Shown piece by piece: positions 1-9,473 of a DNA stretch of 64,000 nucleotides (its first letter is position 1; each line of letters begins with the position of its first letter). Source of the DNA: Candidatus Finniella inopinata (GTDB lineage Bacteria; Pseudomonadota; Alphaproteobacteria; Paracaedibacterales; CAITNM01); the NCBI GenBank assembly GCA_943322985.2, contig CALPGA020000004.1:10686-74685 (forward strand), written 5' to 3'. A program made the position numbers and the translations under genes. The notes beneath the pieces were generated by a model. It worked only from the letters and a program-made list of their open reading frames with translations, did not search any database and had not been told where the DNA came from.

Positions 1-431
1 CCGCCCTAGATAAACCATGCGAACAACTTGGCCAAAGTTTGATTAAAGCAAGAACGTTGCGTGATGAATTACTAAACACTACCGATGCTCCCATTTTGCT
101 GCATGGCGATTTACATCACGATAATATTTTAGCCCATGACAACAATTGGAAAGTTATTGATCCGAAAGGTGTCATTGGTGAGCTTAGCTATGAGGTGGGA
201 TGTTTTATCAGAAACCCTTTGGACGATTTGCCGAGCCACTCTGATAGCTTAAAAATTATAACGAACAGAATTAATGCGTTTTCTAAAAATTTAAATCTTG
301 ATCCAGATAGAATTGCAAAGTGGTGTTTTGTACAGGCCGTGCTTGCAACAGTGTGGTCTCTGGAAGATAATATCACTCCAACCAGCTTTAAACATTTAAC
401 AGACATTTTTGATGAGTTAGTATTTAAATAA
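1..431 (+). CDS. Aminoglycoside/streptomycin phosphotransferase-family kinase (APH(6)-like), C-terminal part; the 5' end lies outside the window
   Basis: The frame is open from the window edge. It carries the catalytic-loop motif LLHGDLHHDNIL followed by WKVIDPKGVIGE, typical of APH-fold kinases. Confidence 0.7.
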   Translation, partial: ALDKPCEQLGQSLIKARTLRDELLNTTDAPILLHGDLHHDNILAHDNNWKVIDPKGVIGELSYEVGCFIRNPLDDLPSHSDSLKIITNRINAFSKNLNLDPDRIAKWCFVQAVLATVWSLEDNITPTSFKHLTDIFDELVFK

Positions 432-457
432 CTATGTAAAAGCCAGAAATCTCTAGC

Positions 458-872
458 CTATTTTATTTCAGGATATTTGTCGGGATTACTCAAAAAATAA
501 TTAATATAATCATCATCCGAATTCAATTCAACAGACGCATTGTAAACTTTTCCTTCAAAACCGCCATATTCATTTTTCTTTCTAATCCTTGCTTTATCGA
601 CGTCTTCAAAAGATATATTATTTTCTTTTGCATAAGCAAGCATAACCTCTAATACATCACCTAATTCCTCTGTCAGTTCTTCTTTATTTTTTAGCATCAA
701 TCACTTCTTTAGCTTCTTCAAAAAGCTTATTTCGAAGACGCTCTAGGTATTCGTCGTGACCCATAACTCGTTCATTAGTCTGTACGCTTCTGTTTCTAAG
801 GTAATTAGGCACTTTATCACGAATTAATTTATCAACTTTAAAACGTCTATTATTGATCATTTTTTTCCTCAC
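458..872 (-). pseudogene. MazG-like / PRA-PH-like NTP pyrophosphohydrolase, split into two overlapping ORFs (684-872 and 458-700) by a 1-nt homopolymer indel
   Basis: The N-terminal ORF reads KVDKLIRDKVP...EYLERLRNKLFEEAKEVIDAKK*. The second ORF continues NKEELTEELGDVLEV. Deleting one A from the A6 run (plus-strand T6 at 687-692) fuses them in frame as ...EVIDAKNKEELTEE... Confidence 0.6.
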
Positions 873-1137
873 GCTCTGGTTTATCTTGCTAATGCTTTAC
901 AGAAAGGTTGCTACTCAATGGTCTAATTGGGCTGCAACCTTCGTAAACTTTGTGGTCAACAATAGTAGATAGCAATAGACTAAATATTCTTTGGATTTTC
1001 ATAGTGCACTACATGTTTGCCATGAAATCATTGGAAACATCATTGCCAGATTAAAGGCTAAAAATCAAGGTGGGGGTACCTTGTAGCTTCAACGAGCATC
1101 TTTATCAATAGAGAATTGCTGAATGGCTCTGGTCCTA

Positions 1138-1251
1138 AAATGGTGCTTTGTGCAGACTGTTCTTGCAACAGTGTGGTCTCTGGAAGATAATATCACTCCA
1201 ACCAGATTTAAACATTTAACAGACATTTTTGATAAACTAATGGTTGAATAG
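1138..1251 (+). pseudogene. Displaced or duplicated 3'-end fragment of the aph-like gene (a 42-codon ORF remnant starts at ATG 1123)
   Basis: Positions 1141-1251 align to 321-431 at roughly 90% identity, including identical blocks 1162-1205 = 342-385. It encodes KWCFVQTVLATVWSLEDNITPTRFKHLTDIFDKLMVE* against KWCFVQAVLATVWSLEDNITPTSFKHLTDIFDELVFK*. Confidence 0.8.
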
Positions 1252-1269
1252 ATCTGAAAAGGCTTAAAT

Positions 1270-1824
1270 ATGAAATACAAGATCTTAATATGGGATAATG
1301 ATGGCACAGTAACTGGTTCAAAAAATCCAAATGATGGCTCTGTTAATGCAAAAATTATTTTACCAAATGTTGAAAAAACAATGGGTAGTGCCGACTTTAA
1401 TTTTATTATTTCAGGATTTAAGTCTCCTGAAAGCGAGTCTCAAAATTTTGATCCAGAAAAAATAACAGCAATATTTATTGATCTTATGAGTAAACTTCCA
1501 ATCAATGCGGCTGCTTTTTCTCCTAGTATTGGAGGTGTTGCTTGTTACGTTGTGATTAAACGTTTTGACAATAGTATTTATATTAAAAAAGCTCACGAAG
1601 ATCCCCGTTACAGAGAATTCATTGGTCAATTTAAAAAGCCTGGAATTGGAATGTTTATTGTAATAAAAGACATTGCTCAAAAAGAATTTGGTCAGACTGT
1701 TGATAAAAACAATAGCGTTATGATTGGTGATACATGGCATGATGAAATAGCTGCAAAAGACTTCGGAATTTCTTTTGTTGATGCAAAAATGCTTCATGAT
1801 TCGGAGTTGTATATATTATCTTAG
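1270..1824 (+). CDS. HAD-superfamily phosphatase, subfamily IIIA-like (GmhB / histidinol-phosphatase / PNKP type)
   Basis: Contains the N-terminal WDNDGT (DxDGT) motif, FKKPGIGMF (the RKPxxGM-like motif) and the GDTWHDEIAA acidic motif. Confidence 0.6.
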   Translation: MKYKILIWDNDGTVTGSKNPNDGSVNAKIILPNVEKTMGSADFNFIISGFKSPESESQNFDPEKITAIFIDLMSKLPINAAAFSPSIGGVACYVVIKRFDNSIYIKKAHEDPRYREFIGQFKKPGIGMFIVIKDIAQKEFGQTVDKNNSVMIGDTWHDEIAAKDFGISFVDAKMLHDSELYILS

Positions 1825-1922
1825 CTAAATCATTTTCCGTAAAAATACTTTGATTTTTCACGTGGACAATCTTTCGTTAAAATTTTAATTATACGTACAT
1901 AAACCAAACTGCCGAGTAAGTC

Positions 1923-2342
1923 ATGGCAACAATTTATCGCAAGGTCTTGGGGTACAATCCCTTAAAAGATTCAGTGTATATGTCTCCTAGGATGAGACGC
2001 TATTTTCAAGACAGATTATATAATGAGTTGCAGAAAGTGCTTGAGGAAGAGCATTTGCTTTCTTTGTCATTTCCAGAAGATGCAAACCGCGAACCAGATT
2101 TTGTTGACCAAAGCACCATGGATGGCTTGCGTTTTAATCATCATATGTACCAGGAACATGAACAAAATCTTCGTCATGAAATAGAGGCTGCGCTTCAAAG
2201 ATTGGCAGACGGTAGTTTCGGGTACTGCGTCGCTACAGGAAAGCCTATAGGTATTCAAAGGCTTACCGCAACTCCTTACGCAATGTATTGTTTTGATGTG
2301 CAAGCAGAAAAAGAAGGTTACCGGCAAAGCAGCTGGGGGTAG
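1923..2342 (+). CDS. dksA: DksA/TraR-family RNA polymerase-binding regulator with a degenerate (2-Cys) zinc finger
   Basis: Coiled-coil tip motif DFVDQS (DxxDxA-like). The C-terminus GYCVATGKPIGIQRLTATPYAMYCFDVQ aligns to GYCxxCGxxIxxxRLxARPxAxxCxxC with Cys2 replaced by Thr and Cys4 by Val. Confidence 0.7.
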   Translation: MATIYRKVLGYNPLKDSVYMSPRMRRYFQDRLYNELQKVLEEEHLLSLSFPEDANREPDFVDQSTMDGLRFNHHMYQEHEQNLRHEIEAALQRLADGSFGYCVATGKPIGIQRLTATPYAMYCFDVQAEKEGYRQSSWG

Positions 2343-2345
2343 GGG

Positions 2346-3440
2346 CTATGCTTTCTGTTTCTCGTGATTAATTAGCCATTTTTTGCGAGAAATTCCTCCG
2401 CCATAGCCACCTAGCTCACCATTGGTGTTGATGATGCGGTGGCAAGGGATAATAATAGCAAGTTGATTGGCACCGTTAGCATTGGCTACGGCTCTGTATG
2501 CGGTTGGTTTGCTGATTGCGGCTGCCTGGTCGCCGTAACTTCTTGTTGCGGCTGCCTGGTCGCCGTAACTTCTTGTTGTGCCAAATGGAATACGCATAAG
2601 TTCTTCCCAAACAAGTTTTTGAAAAGGGCTTCCCATAAGGAGGATTGGCGTTTTGAAGTTTTTCAATTTGCCCTCAAAGTACAGTTTGAGTTCTATTTCA
2701 ATTGATTTAATGGGGTCAGTAATACCTGGAATGATGGCAGATTTGGTTTTTATGCGAAGTCGCTCTATTTCACGCTCTAGGCCACGTCGCTCAACAAATT
2801 CTAATAAATACAAAGCCTCATCATCAGCAATTGCAAGCATAGGGCCAAGGGGGGAATCTAACCAAGATGCTTTTAGAACATTATGATGATTCCTAAAATT
2901 AGTAGGTGCGGCTCCCATGATTTTGGAAAAGGCATCCCTGAAGCCACTGCTTGATTCATAACCTGTTTCTAATTGCGCATCAGTCACTGTTTTTCCTTCT
3001 CTAATTTGTTTCATTGCAATCCCCATACGTCGTGCTCGGGCATATTCTACAAATGTCATATCAAATCTTTTTTTAAATTGGCGACGTGCTGTTGATGCAT
3101 CTACACATAATTCATCAAAATCACGTGTCTTCCAGCGTTTCTCAGGATTGGCTTCAACAGCATCAACAAGTATACGTACCAAATCTGAAACATGATTGGG
3201 ATGAGACAGAGGACGACAGCGCAGGCAGGGCCTAAACGAAGCAAGTAATGCCTCTTCAGCTGTTTGATAGAATTCACAATTTTCAAACTTTGGCTTTCGC
3301 GCGGGGCAGGTTGGGCGGCAAAACACTCCCGTTGTTTTAACGCCTACGTAAAATACACCTTCATATTCAGCATTCTTATTGAGTAGTGCCTTGTAAAATT
3401 CTTGTGTTATCTCATTTGTTAACATTTTCATCCGATTCAC
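2346..3440 (-). CDS. ada: Bifunctional Ada: methylphosphotriester-DNA methyltransferase / AraC-type regulator / O6-methylguanine-DNA methyltransferase
   Basis: The N-terminal Zn-Cys cluster is FCRPTCPARKP...CLRC. This is followed by an AraC-like HTH region and a C-terminal MGMT domain with the active site IIPCHRII. Confidence 0.85.
   Translation of the reverse strand: MNRMKMLTNEITQEFYKALLNKNAEYEGVFYVGVKTTGVFCRPTCPARKPKFENCEFYQTAEEALLASFRPCLRCRPLSHPNHVSDLVRILVDAVEANPEKRWKTRDFDELCVDASTARRQFKKRFDMTFVEYARARRMGIAMKQIREGKTVTDAQLETGYESSSGFRDAFSKIMGAAPTNFRNHHNVLKASWLDSPLGPMLAIADDEALYLLEFVERRGLEREIERLRIKTKSAIIPGITDPIKSIEIELKLYFEGKLKNFKTPILLMGSPFQKLVWEELMRIPFGTTRSYGDQAAATRSYGDQAAAISKPTAYRAVANANGANQLAIIIPCHRIINTNGELGGYGGGISRKKWLINHEKQKA
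2518..2577. repeat. Perfect 30-bp tandem duplication inside ada (2 x gcggctgcctggtcgccgtaacttcttgtt)
   Basis: 2518-2547 is identical to 2548-2577. It gives the in-frame peptide duplication TRSYGDQAAA-TRSYGDQAAA in the MGMT domain. Confidence 0.95.
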
Positions 3441-3544
3441 CAGAAGCTCAACAGCTTTGATATATCATAATGATTTTTAAAAATCCTACGACCGAAAATC
3501 AGGCATTGATTTTTTTATTAAGAAATCACTATGTCAATTCCAGA

Positions 3545-4144
3545 CTAAATCAACATATTCACAAAATCTAAAATTGTGTTTGCAATACCAAAAATAAGTT
3601 TGTGAATTGGACCGCTGAATATCATTAAGGTACTTATCACAATTACTAAGCCAAATCGTTCAAAGAAATAAAACAATTTATGATTCTGCGGCAAAAAGCA
3701 GGTGATCATTCGTCCGCCATCAAGAGGTAAAATTGGCAATAAATTAAAGGCAGCCAAAATCACGTTAATCTGTATAGCTGCATTTGCTACCTCAAGGTTA
3801 AAAATTCCTATTTTCCACAGAATACTTGCGGTAAGGGCTAAAAGTATGTTCATTAAGGGGCCTGCAAATGCTACGCAAAACACGCCAAATCGTTGCGGCC
3901 TAAGGTTCATAAAATTTACTGGTACAGGTTTTGCCCAACCAATTAAAAACGGGGCGCCTGTGAAAAACAATAAAAAAGGTAAAATTATTGAACCCATGGG
4001 GTCAATATGCTTAATTGGATTCAAGCTTAAACGACCTGCATATTGAGCAGTGCGATCACCAAAAATATAGGCCATTAAACCATGGCTAAGCTCGTGAAGC
4101 ACAATAGCTACCGCTAAACACGTTATTTTTAGTAAAATTTCCAT
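3545..4144 (-). CDS. Site-2 protease (peptidase M50) family membrane metalloprotease
   Basis: Polytopic hydrophobic protein with the HELSHGLMA (HExxH) motif in the first TM segment and a later LLPILPLDGG (LDG) motif. Confidence 0.75.
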   Translation of the reverse strand: MEILLKITCLAVAIVLHELSHGLMAYIFGDRTAQYAGRLSLNPIKHIDPMGSIILPFLLFFTGAPFLIGWAKPVPVNFMNLRPQRFGVFCVAFAGPLMNILLALTASILWKIGIFNLEVANAAIQINVILAAFNLLPILPLDGGRMITCFLPQNHKLFYFFERFGLVIVISTLMIFSGPIHKLIFGIANTILDFVNMLI

Positions 4145-4377
4145 AATTTCTCGTTATTTGGTGTTAAAGATTGACAATGTGTATCATTATTACCATATCA
4201 AGTTTGCTTACACATCTTTTTTATGAATTTCAAGACTTGAAATACAACTTTTTTTGCATATTAATAAGAACACCATCTGATATCAGAAATGTACCTCATT
4301 CTTAAGCTTTTGCCAAAGAATTGTACTTTTTGCATCATTTTGTGTGTGCATCTTAATATTTAAGCAGTGAGGTTTCA

Positions 4378-7300
4378 ATGAAAATACACCGTCGTTTTAC
4401 GGTCGCAGGACAGTCCCCATACGAAGGAATTGATTTCCGCTTAACTACTAGCGAAATTAAAAATCCAGACGGTTCTGTTGTATTTCTTCAGGAAAACATT
4501 GAAGTGCCTGCACATTGGTCGCAAGTGGCAAGTGATGTCATTGCCCAAAAATATTTTCGTAAAGCTGGTATCCCGGATGATTTAGTAACCGTAAAGGAAG
4601 ATGACGTTCCCGTTTGGCTTCAACGTAGAAAAGCAAAAGCAGGGAGCTCTGTTCGTAGCGAAAGATCTGCAAAAGAAGTTTTCAGTCGTTTGGCCGGAAC
4701 TTGGACTTACTGGGGATGGAAAAATGGGTATTTTGACTTAGAAGAAGACGCACGTACATTTTATGATGAAATGCAGTACATGTTATGCATGCAGGTTGCA
4801 GCACCAAATTCACCGCAGTGGTTTAACACTGGTGTTTATTGGGCTTATGGTGTTGATGGCCCTGCTCAAGGACATTTCTTCGTTGATGAAAAAACAGGTC
4901 AGCTAAAGCAATCAACATCTGCATATGAACGTCCACAACCACATGCGTGTTTCATTCAATCGGTAAAAGATGATTTGGTTAACGACGGCGGCATTATGGA
5001 CCTTTGGGTTCGCGAAGCACGTCTATTTAAATACGGGTCTGGCACAGGGTCTAACTTTTCAAATTTACGTGGCTTTGGTGAAAAGCTATCTGGTGGTGGT
5101 TATTCTTCAGGTTTAATGAGTTTTTTACGTATTGGTGACCGTTCAGCTGGTGCTATTAAATCTGGTGGAACGACAAGACGCGCTGCAAAAATGGTGGTGC
5201 TTGATATTGATCACCCAGATGTTATTAATTTCATTGATTGGAAAGTCATTGAAGAACAAAAAGTTGCTGCACTGGTTACTGGTTCAAAGTTAAACCAGCT
5301 TCATTTGAATGAAATTATTTCGGCTTGTATTAATAATGATCTTAAAGAAACAGATCGTTTTGATCCAAAAACCAACCCTGCGTTGAAAACAACCATTCGC
5401 GCTGCACGCGCTGTATTGGTTCCTGAAAATTACATTAAGCGTGCTATTCACATGGCTCAGCTAGGGTACACTAGCTTCCCATTCCCATCTTATAATACTG
5501 ATTGGGATAGTGAAGCTTATGGAACAGTTTCAGGTCAAAATTCAAATAACACAGTCCGCGTTACTAATGCCTTTTTAGAAAGTGTTTTAGAAAATAAAGA
5601 ATGGAGCTTAACTTCACGTACAAATGGTGAAGCAGTTAAAACGCTACCAGCAAAAGAATTATGGGATAAAGTTGGTTTTGCTGCTTGGGCATGTGCAGAT
5701 CCAGGTATTCAATTTGATACAACCATAAACGAATGGCACACTTGCCCAAATAGTGGACGAATTAATGCATCAAATCCATGTTCTGAATATATGTTTATTG
5801 ATGATACCGCATGTAACCTTGCTTCAATCAACCTTGTTACATTGTACAAAGATGGCCAGTTTGATATAGCAGCATTTGAACATGCTATTACCCTTTGGAC
5901 AGTTGTTCTTGAAATTTCTGTGCTTATGGCGCAATTCCCATCTAGGGCTATTGCTCAGCTATCTTATGATTTCCGTACGCTTGGTTTAGGATACGGTAAC
6001 CTAGGTGGTCTATTAATGGCTATGGGTATTGCTTACGATAGCCCAGAAGGCCGTTGTATTGCTGGAGCACTAGCTGCAATTCTAACCGGTGTAAGCTACA
6101 GGACTTCTGCACTTATGGCAAAAGAACTTGGGGCATTCCCAGGCTACGCAAAAAATAAAGATGCGATGATCCGGGTTATGCGTAACCACCGTCGTGCTGC
6201 ATATGGCGAAACTAAAAATTATGAAGATCTATCAATTCTACCTGTTCCGCTTCGTGCAAGTGATTGTGCTATTCCAGGATTAATTGAAGCGGCTTGCCAA
6301 GCTTGGGATGAAGCTGTTTCATATGGTGAACAGTTTGGTTACCGTAACGCTCAAACCACGTGTATTGCCCCAACTGGGACTATTGGATTGGTGATGGATT
6401 GTGACACAACAGGTGTTGAGCCAGATTTTGCTTTGGTTAAATTCAAAAAACTTGCTGGTGGTGGGTACTTTAAAATTATTAACCAAATGGTTCCTTCAGC
6501 ATTGAAAGTTTTGGGTTACACTCCAGAGCAAATGCTGGAAATTTCTAATTATGCCGTGGGCTACGCATCACTTGAAAATGCGCCTGCAATTAATCACACA
6601 TCTTTAAAAGCAAAGGGATTTACTAATAAAGAGCTAACAGCAATTTCCGCTGTGTTGAAATCAGCCTTTGATATCAAGTTTGTTTTTAATAAATACACTC
6701 TGGGTGAAGATTTTTGCAAAGGAACATTAAAGCTAACTGATGATCAATTATGTGATCCATCTTTTGATATGCTGACCCATCTTGGGTTTAGTAAACAAGA
6801 CATTGAAGATGCTAACACATACTGCTGTGGTACAATGACTCTAGAAGGGGCGCCTCACTTAAAAATAGAACATCTTCCAGTTTTTGATTGTGCAAACCCA
6901 TGTGGACGTATTGGTAAGCGTTTCTTGTCTTTCGATAGCCATATTGAAATGATGGCAGCGGTTCAGCCATTCATAAGTGGTGCTATTTCTAAAACTGTGA
7001 ATATGCCGGCTCAAGCAACTGTTGAAGATTGCCAATCAGCTTATATGAAATCATGGCGTCTTTGCCTAAAGGCAAATGCTTTGTATCGTGATGGTTCAAA
7101 GCTTTCTCAACCTTTAAGCAGCATAAGCTTTGATGAAGACGAAGCTGAAGAAATTGCACAAATGCCACAAACGCAAAAAGCTCAAGTGGTTGCTGAAAAA
7201 ATTGTTGAACGTATTATTGAACGTGTTGTTTACGAATCAAAACGTCAAAAATTGCCAAACCGTCGTGGTGGTTATACTCAAAAAGCGGTTGTAGGTGGGC

Positions 7301-7956
7301 ACAAAATTTATATTCGCACTGGTGAATATATTGATGGAAAATTAGGCGAAATTTTCATTGATATGCACAAAGAAGGGGCCTCGTTCCGTTCTCTAATGCA
7401 TAACTTTGCTATGGCCATTTCTATTGGTTTGCAATATGGCGTTCCACTAGAAGAATATGTAGAAGCCTTTACATTCACTCGTTTTGAACCATCAGGAATG
7501 GTTGAAGGAAACGATTGGGTTAAAATTGCAACGTCAATTCTAGACTACATTTTCCGTGATTTGGCTATTAACTACTTAAGTCGTCATGATCTTGCGCATG
7601 TGCAACCAAGTGACTTAACGCCAGACACAATTGGTGACAGAAGTGACTACATGGTTAATCGTCAGAATGAAAATGAAGAACCATTATTAGTAGAAACAAC
7701 GGTGAGTATTTCTGATGAGATCACTTCAATGGATGGATATACAGAGAGCGTTGAAGTTAAAGCCACTGGCACTTACGGTGCTTCAAATGTTGTATCTTAT
7801 GCATCTTCATCAAAGCGAAAAGCAGAGAAATCTACTCAAGCAAAGCTGCAAGGCTACGAAGGTGATTCATGTGGTGAATGTGGCAACTTCACTATGGTGC
7901 GTAATGGTACGTGTTTAAAATGCGTAACATGTGGTTCTACTAGTGGTTGTTCTTAA
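4378..7956 (+). CDS. nrdJ: Class II (adenosylcobalamin-dependent) ribonucleoside-diphosphate/triphosphate reductase
   Basis: 1192 aa. It has RNR barrel motifs ([23 protein letters not shown]) and a C-terminal Cys-rich tail [27 protein letters not shown]. The SD sequence gagg lies 7 nt upstream of the ATG. Confidence 0.9.
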   Translation: MKIHRRFTVAGQSPYEGIDFRLTTSEIKNPDGSVVFLQENIEVPAHWSQVASDVIAQKYFRKAGIPDDLVTVKEDDVPVWLQRRKAKAGSSVRSERSAKEVFSRLAGTWTYWGWKNGYFDLEEDARTFYDEMQYMLCMQVAAPNSPQWFNTGVYWAYGVDGPAQGHFFVDEKTGQLKQSTSAYERPQPHACFIQSVKDDLVNDGGIMDLWVREARLFKYGSGTGSNFSNLRGFGEKLSGGGYSSGLMSFLRIGDRSAGAIKSGGTTRRAAKMVVLDIDHPDVINFIDWKVIEEQKVAALVTGSKLNQLHLNEIISACINNDLKETDRFDPKTNPALKTTIRAARAVLVPENYIKRAIHMAQLGYTSFPFPSYNTDWDSEAYGTVSGQNSNNTVRVTNAFLESVLENKEWSLTSRTNGEAVKTLPAKELWDKVGFAAWACADPGIQFDTTINEWHTCPNSGRINASNPCSEYMFIDDTACNLASINLVTLYKDGQFDIAAFEHAITLWTVVLEISVLMAQFPSRAIAQLSYDFRTLGLGYGNLGGLLMAMGIAYDSPEGRCIAGALAAILTGVSYRTSALMAKELGAFPGYAKNKDAMIRVMRNHRRAAYGETKNYEDLSILPVPLRASDCAIPGLIEAACQAWDEAVSYGEQFGYRNAQTTCIAPTGTIGLVMDCDTTGVEPDFALVKFKKLAGGGYFKIINQMVPSALKVLGYTPEQMLEISNYAVGYASLENAPAINHTSLKAKGFTNKELTAISAVLKSAFDIKFVFNKYTLGEDFCKGTLKLTDDQLCDPSFDMLTHLGFSKQDIEDANTYCCGTMTLEGAPHLKIEHLPVFDCANPCGRIGKRFLSFDSHIEMMAAVQPFISGAISKTVNMPAQATVEDCQSAYMKSWRLCLKANALYRDGSKLSQPLSSISFDEDEAEEIAQMPQTQKAQVVAEKIVERIIERVVYESKRQKLPNRRGGYTQKAVVGGHKIYIRTGEYIDGKLGEIFIDMHKEGASFRSLMHNFAMAISIGLQYGVPLEEYVEAFTFTRFEPSGMVEGNDWVKIATSILDYIFRDLAINYLSRHDLAHVQPSDLTPDTIGDRSDYMVNRQNENEEPLLVETTVSISDEITSMDGYTESVEVKATGTYGASNVVSYASSSKRKAEKSTQAKLQGYEGDSCGECGNFTMVRNGTCLKCVTCGSTSGCS

Positions 7957-7968
7957 AATACTTGGGAT

Positions 7969-7995
7969 CTGTCCTGCTATTTACTAGCGGGACAG
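7969..7995 (+). terminator. Hairpin downstream of nrdJ (possible terminator; no clear T tract)
   Basis: ctgtcctgct (7969-7978) pairs with agcgggacag (7986-7995) across a 7-nt loop, with one G-U pair. Confidence 0.35.
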
Positions 7996-8049
7996 ACGCA
8001 ACGAAACTAATTAATTCGCGAGATTTACGCTAATACTATGACCTGAAGC

Positions 8050-8661
8050 ATGATAGGAAAATGTATGGAACCACTCAACACAGAATTAGTTGTTATTGTA
8101 ATTGCCTTATGCACCTATTTTTTTGCAGCAATTCCTTTTGGTTTGGTATTTGCAAAAATTGCTGGTCTTGGAGATATTAGAAAAATTGGTTCAGGCAATA
8201 TTGGTGCAACAAACGTTCTGCGCTCAGGTAATAAAAAAATTGCAGCGCTGACACTGATTTTTGATGCATTGAAGGGTTCTTTAGCTGTGCTAGTTAGCTC
8301 GTACTTTATTCCAGGACATGAGTATACCATTGGTTTTTTAGCAATCTTTGCTCACATTTTCCCGGTGTATTTAAAATTCAAAGGCGGGAAGGGTGTCGCT
8401 ACGACTTTAGGAGTTTACTTGGCCTGGGACCCAACTTTTGGTTTGTTGGTTTTGACAACCTGGCTGCTTACTGCAAAACTATTTAAAGTTTCTTCAATAT
8501 CTGCGCTTGTAGCAGCTTTATTAGCTCCATTCTTCGCTTATTTTCTTGGGGTTAATTCTGCTGTTATTCCTTTTACAGCGTTGATTGCAGCGATTCTTTT
8601 TTATACGCATCGCGATAATATTAAAAGACTTATTAACAAGCAAGAATCAGAGATTTCATAA
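8050..8661 (+). CDS. plsY: Glycerol-3-phosphate acyltransferase PlsY (the start may be ATG 8065)
   Basis: Contains GSGNIGATNVLR and KGGKGVAT motifs and a multi-TM profile. Confidence 0.85.
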   Translation: MIGKCMEPLNTELVVIVIALCTYFFAAIPFGLVFAKIAGLGDIRKIGSGNIGATNVLRSGNKKIAALTLIFDALKGSLAVLVSSYFIPGHEYTIGFLAIFAHIFPVYLKFKGGKGVATTLGVYLAWDPTFGLLVLTTWLLTAKLFKVSSISALVAALLAPFFAYFLGVNSAVIPFTALIAAILFYTHRDNIKRLINKQESEIS

Positions 8662-8664
8662 AAT

Positions 8665-9213
8665 ATGGTACAGCTTACACGCATTTATACTCGATCTGGC
8701 GATAAGGGCAGAACTTCTCTTGGTGATGGCACACGAAGAAAAAAATCTGATGTTCGTTTTGAAACCATTGGCAACGTTGATGAGGTCAATGCCTACTGTG
8801 GATTAATTGCAGTAGATTTACCTATAGCTCTTCAAAAACTAATCACGCGTATACAAAATGATTTATTTGATTTGGGCGCTGACTTGGCTGTTCCTCAAGG
8901 GGAGGGGCTTCGTATAGGCACCAATCAAGTGGAATTTTTGGAAAAACAAATTGATATATTTAATGACGATTTGAGCCCTCTAAATTCCTTTGTTCTTCCA
9001 GGAGGCACCAAAGCTAGTGCTTTAATGCATGTGGCACGAACAGTTGTGCGTAGGGCAGAGCGAAGCATGGTGCTATTGAATGAATATGAGCTTGTTAACG
9101 GTAATGCATTGAAATATTTGAACCGCTTGTCTGACTTATTTTTTGTATTGAGTCGTCATTTGAATGACAATGGGAAGCTAGATGTGCTCTGGGTTCCAGG
9201 GGCAAATAGGTAA
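8665..9213 (+). CDS. PduO-type ATP:cob(I)alamin adenosyltransferase (MMAB family)
   Basis: N-terminal IYTRSGDKGRTSL motif, followed by the FVLPGG and RTVVRRAER helices typical of the PduO N-domain. Confidence 0.8.
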   Translation: MVQLTRIYTRSGDKGRTSLGDGTRRKKSDVRFETIGNVDEVNAYCGLIAVDLPIALQKLITRIQNDLFDLGADLAVPQGEGLRIGTNQVEFLEKQIDIFNDDLSPLNSFVLPGGTKASALMHVARTVVRRAERSMVLLNEYELVNGNALKYLNRLSDLFFVLSRHLNDNGKLDVLWVPGANR

Positions 9214-9245
9214 ATAAAAAATAGGGTTATCACTTATATTTTAAG

Positions 9246-9322
9246 TGGTCGGGACGAGAGGATTTGAACCTCCGGCATCCAGTACCCAAAACTGGCGCGC
9301 TACCAGGCTGCGCTACGTCCCG
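9246..9322 (-). tRNA. tRNA-Pro (anticodon TGG)
   Basis: Manual cloverleaf: CGGGACG acceptor, anticodon stem CCAGT/ACTGG with loop TTTGGGT, T-loop TTCAAAT, encoded CCA. Confidence 0.9.
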
Positions 9323-9473
9323 AACAGTCTATACAGTATCTAAAAAAAAGCAGATTGCCAAGAGGAATACTGAAATCATAACAAAAAAAAACAGTAAATA
9401 CTGAAAAAATATACGACAAGATTTTATAGTGACTGTGCTAGTATCCTCTAAAGTCAGCATTTGAAGGGTATTC

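Noticed and set aside
4145-4377. Possible cobalamin riboswitch in the long nrdJ leader
   Set aside because: The AT-rich leader shows no B12-box-like GC-rich core or conserved paired regions. A B12 riboswitch repressing a B12-dependent enzyme would also be illogical. Only a short palindrome was kept, as a low-confidence observation.
9323-9473. Zur box upstream of znuA
   Set aside because: I found no convincing AT-rich palindrome resembling known Zur operators. A matrix scan would be needed.
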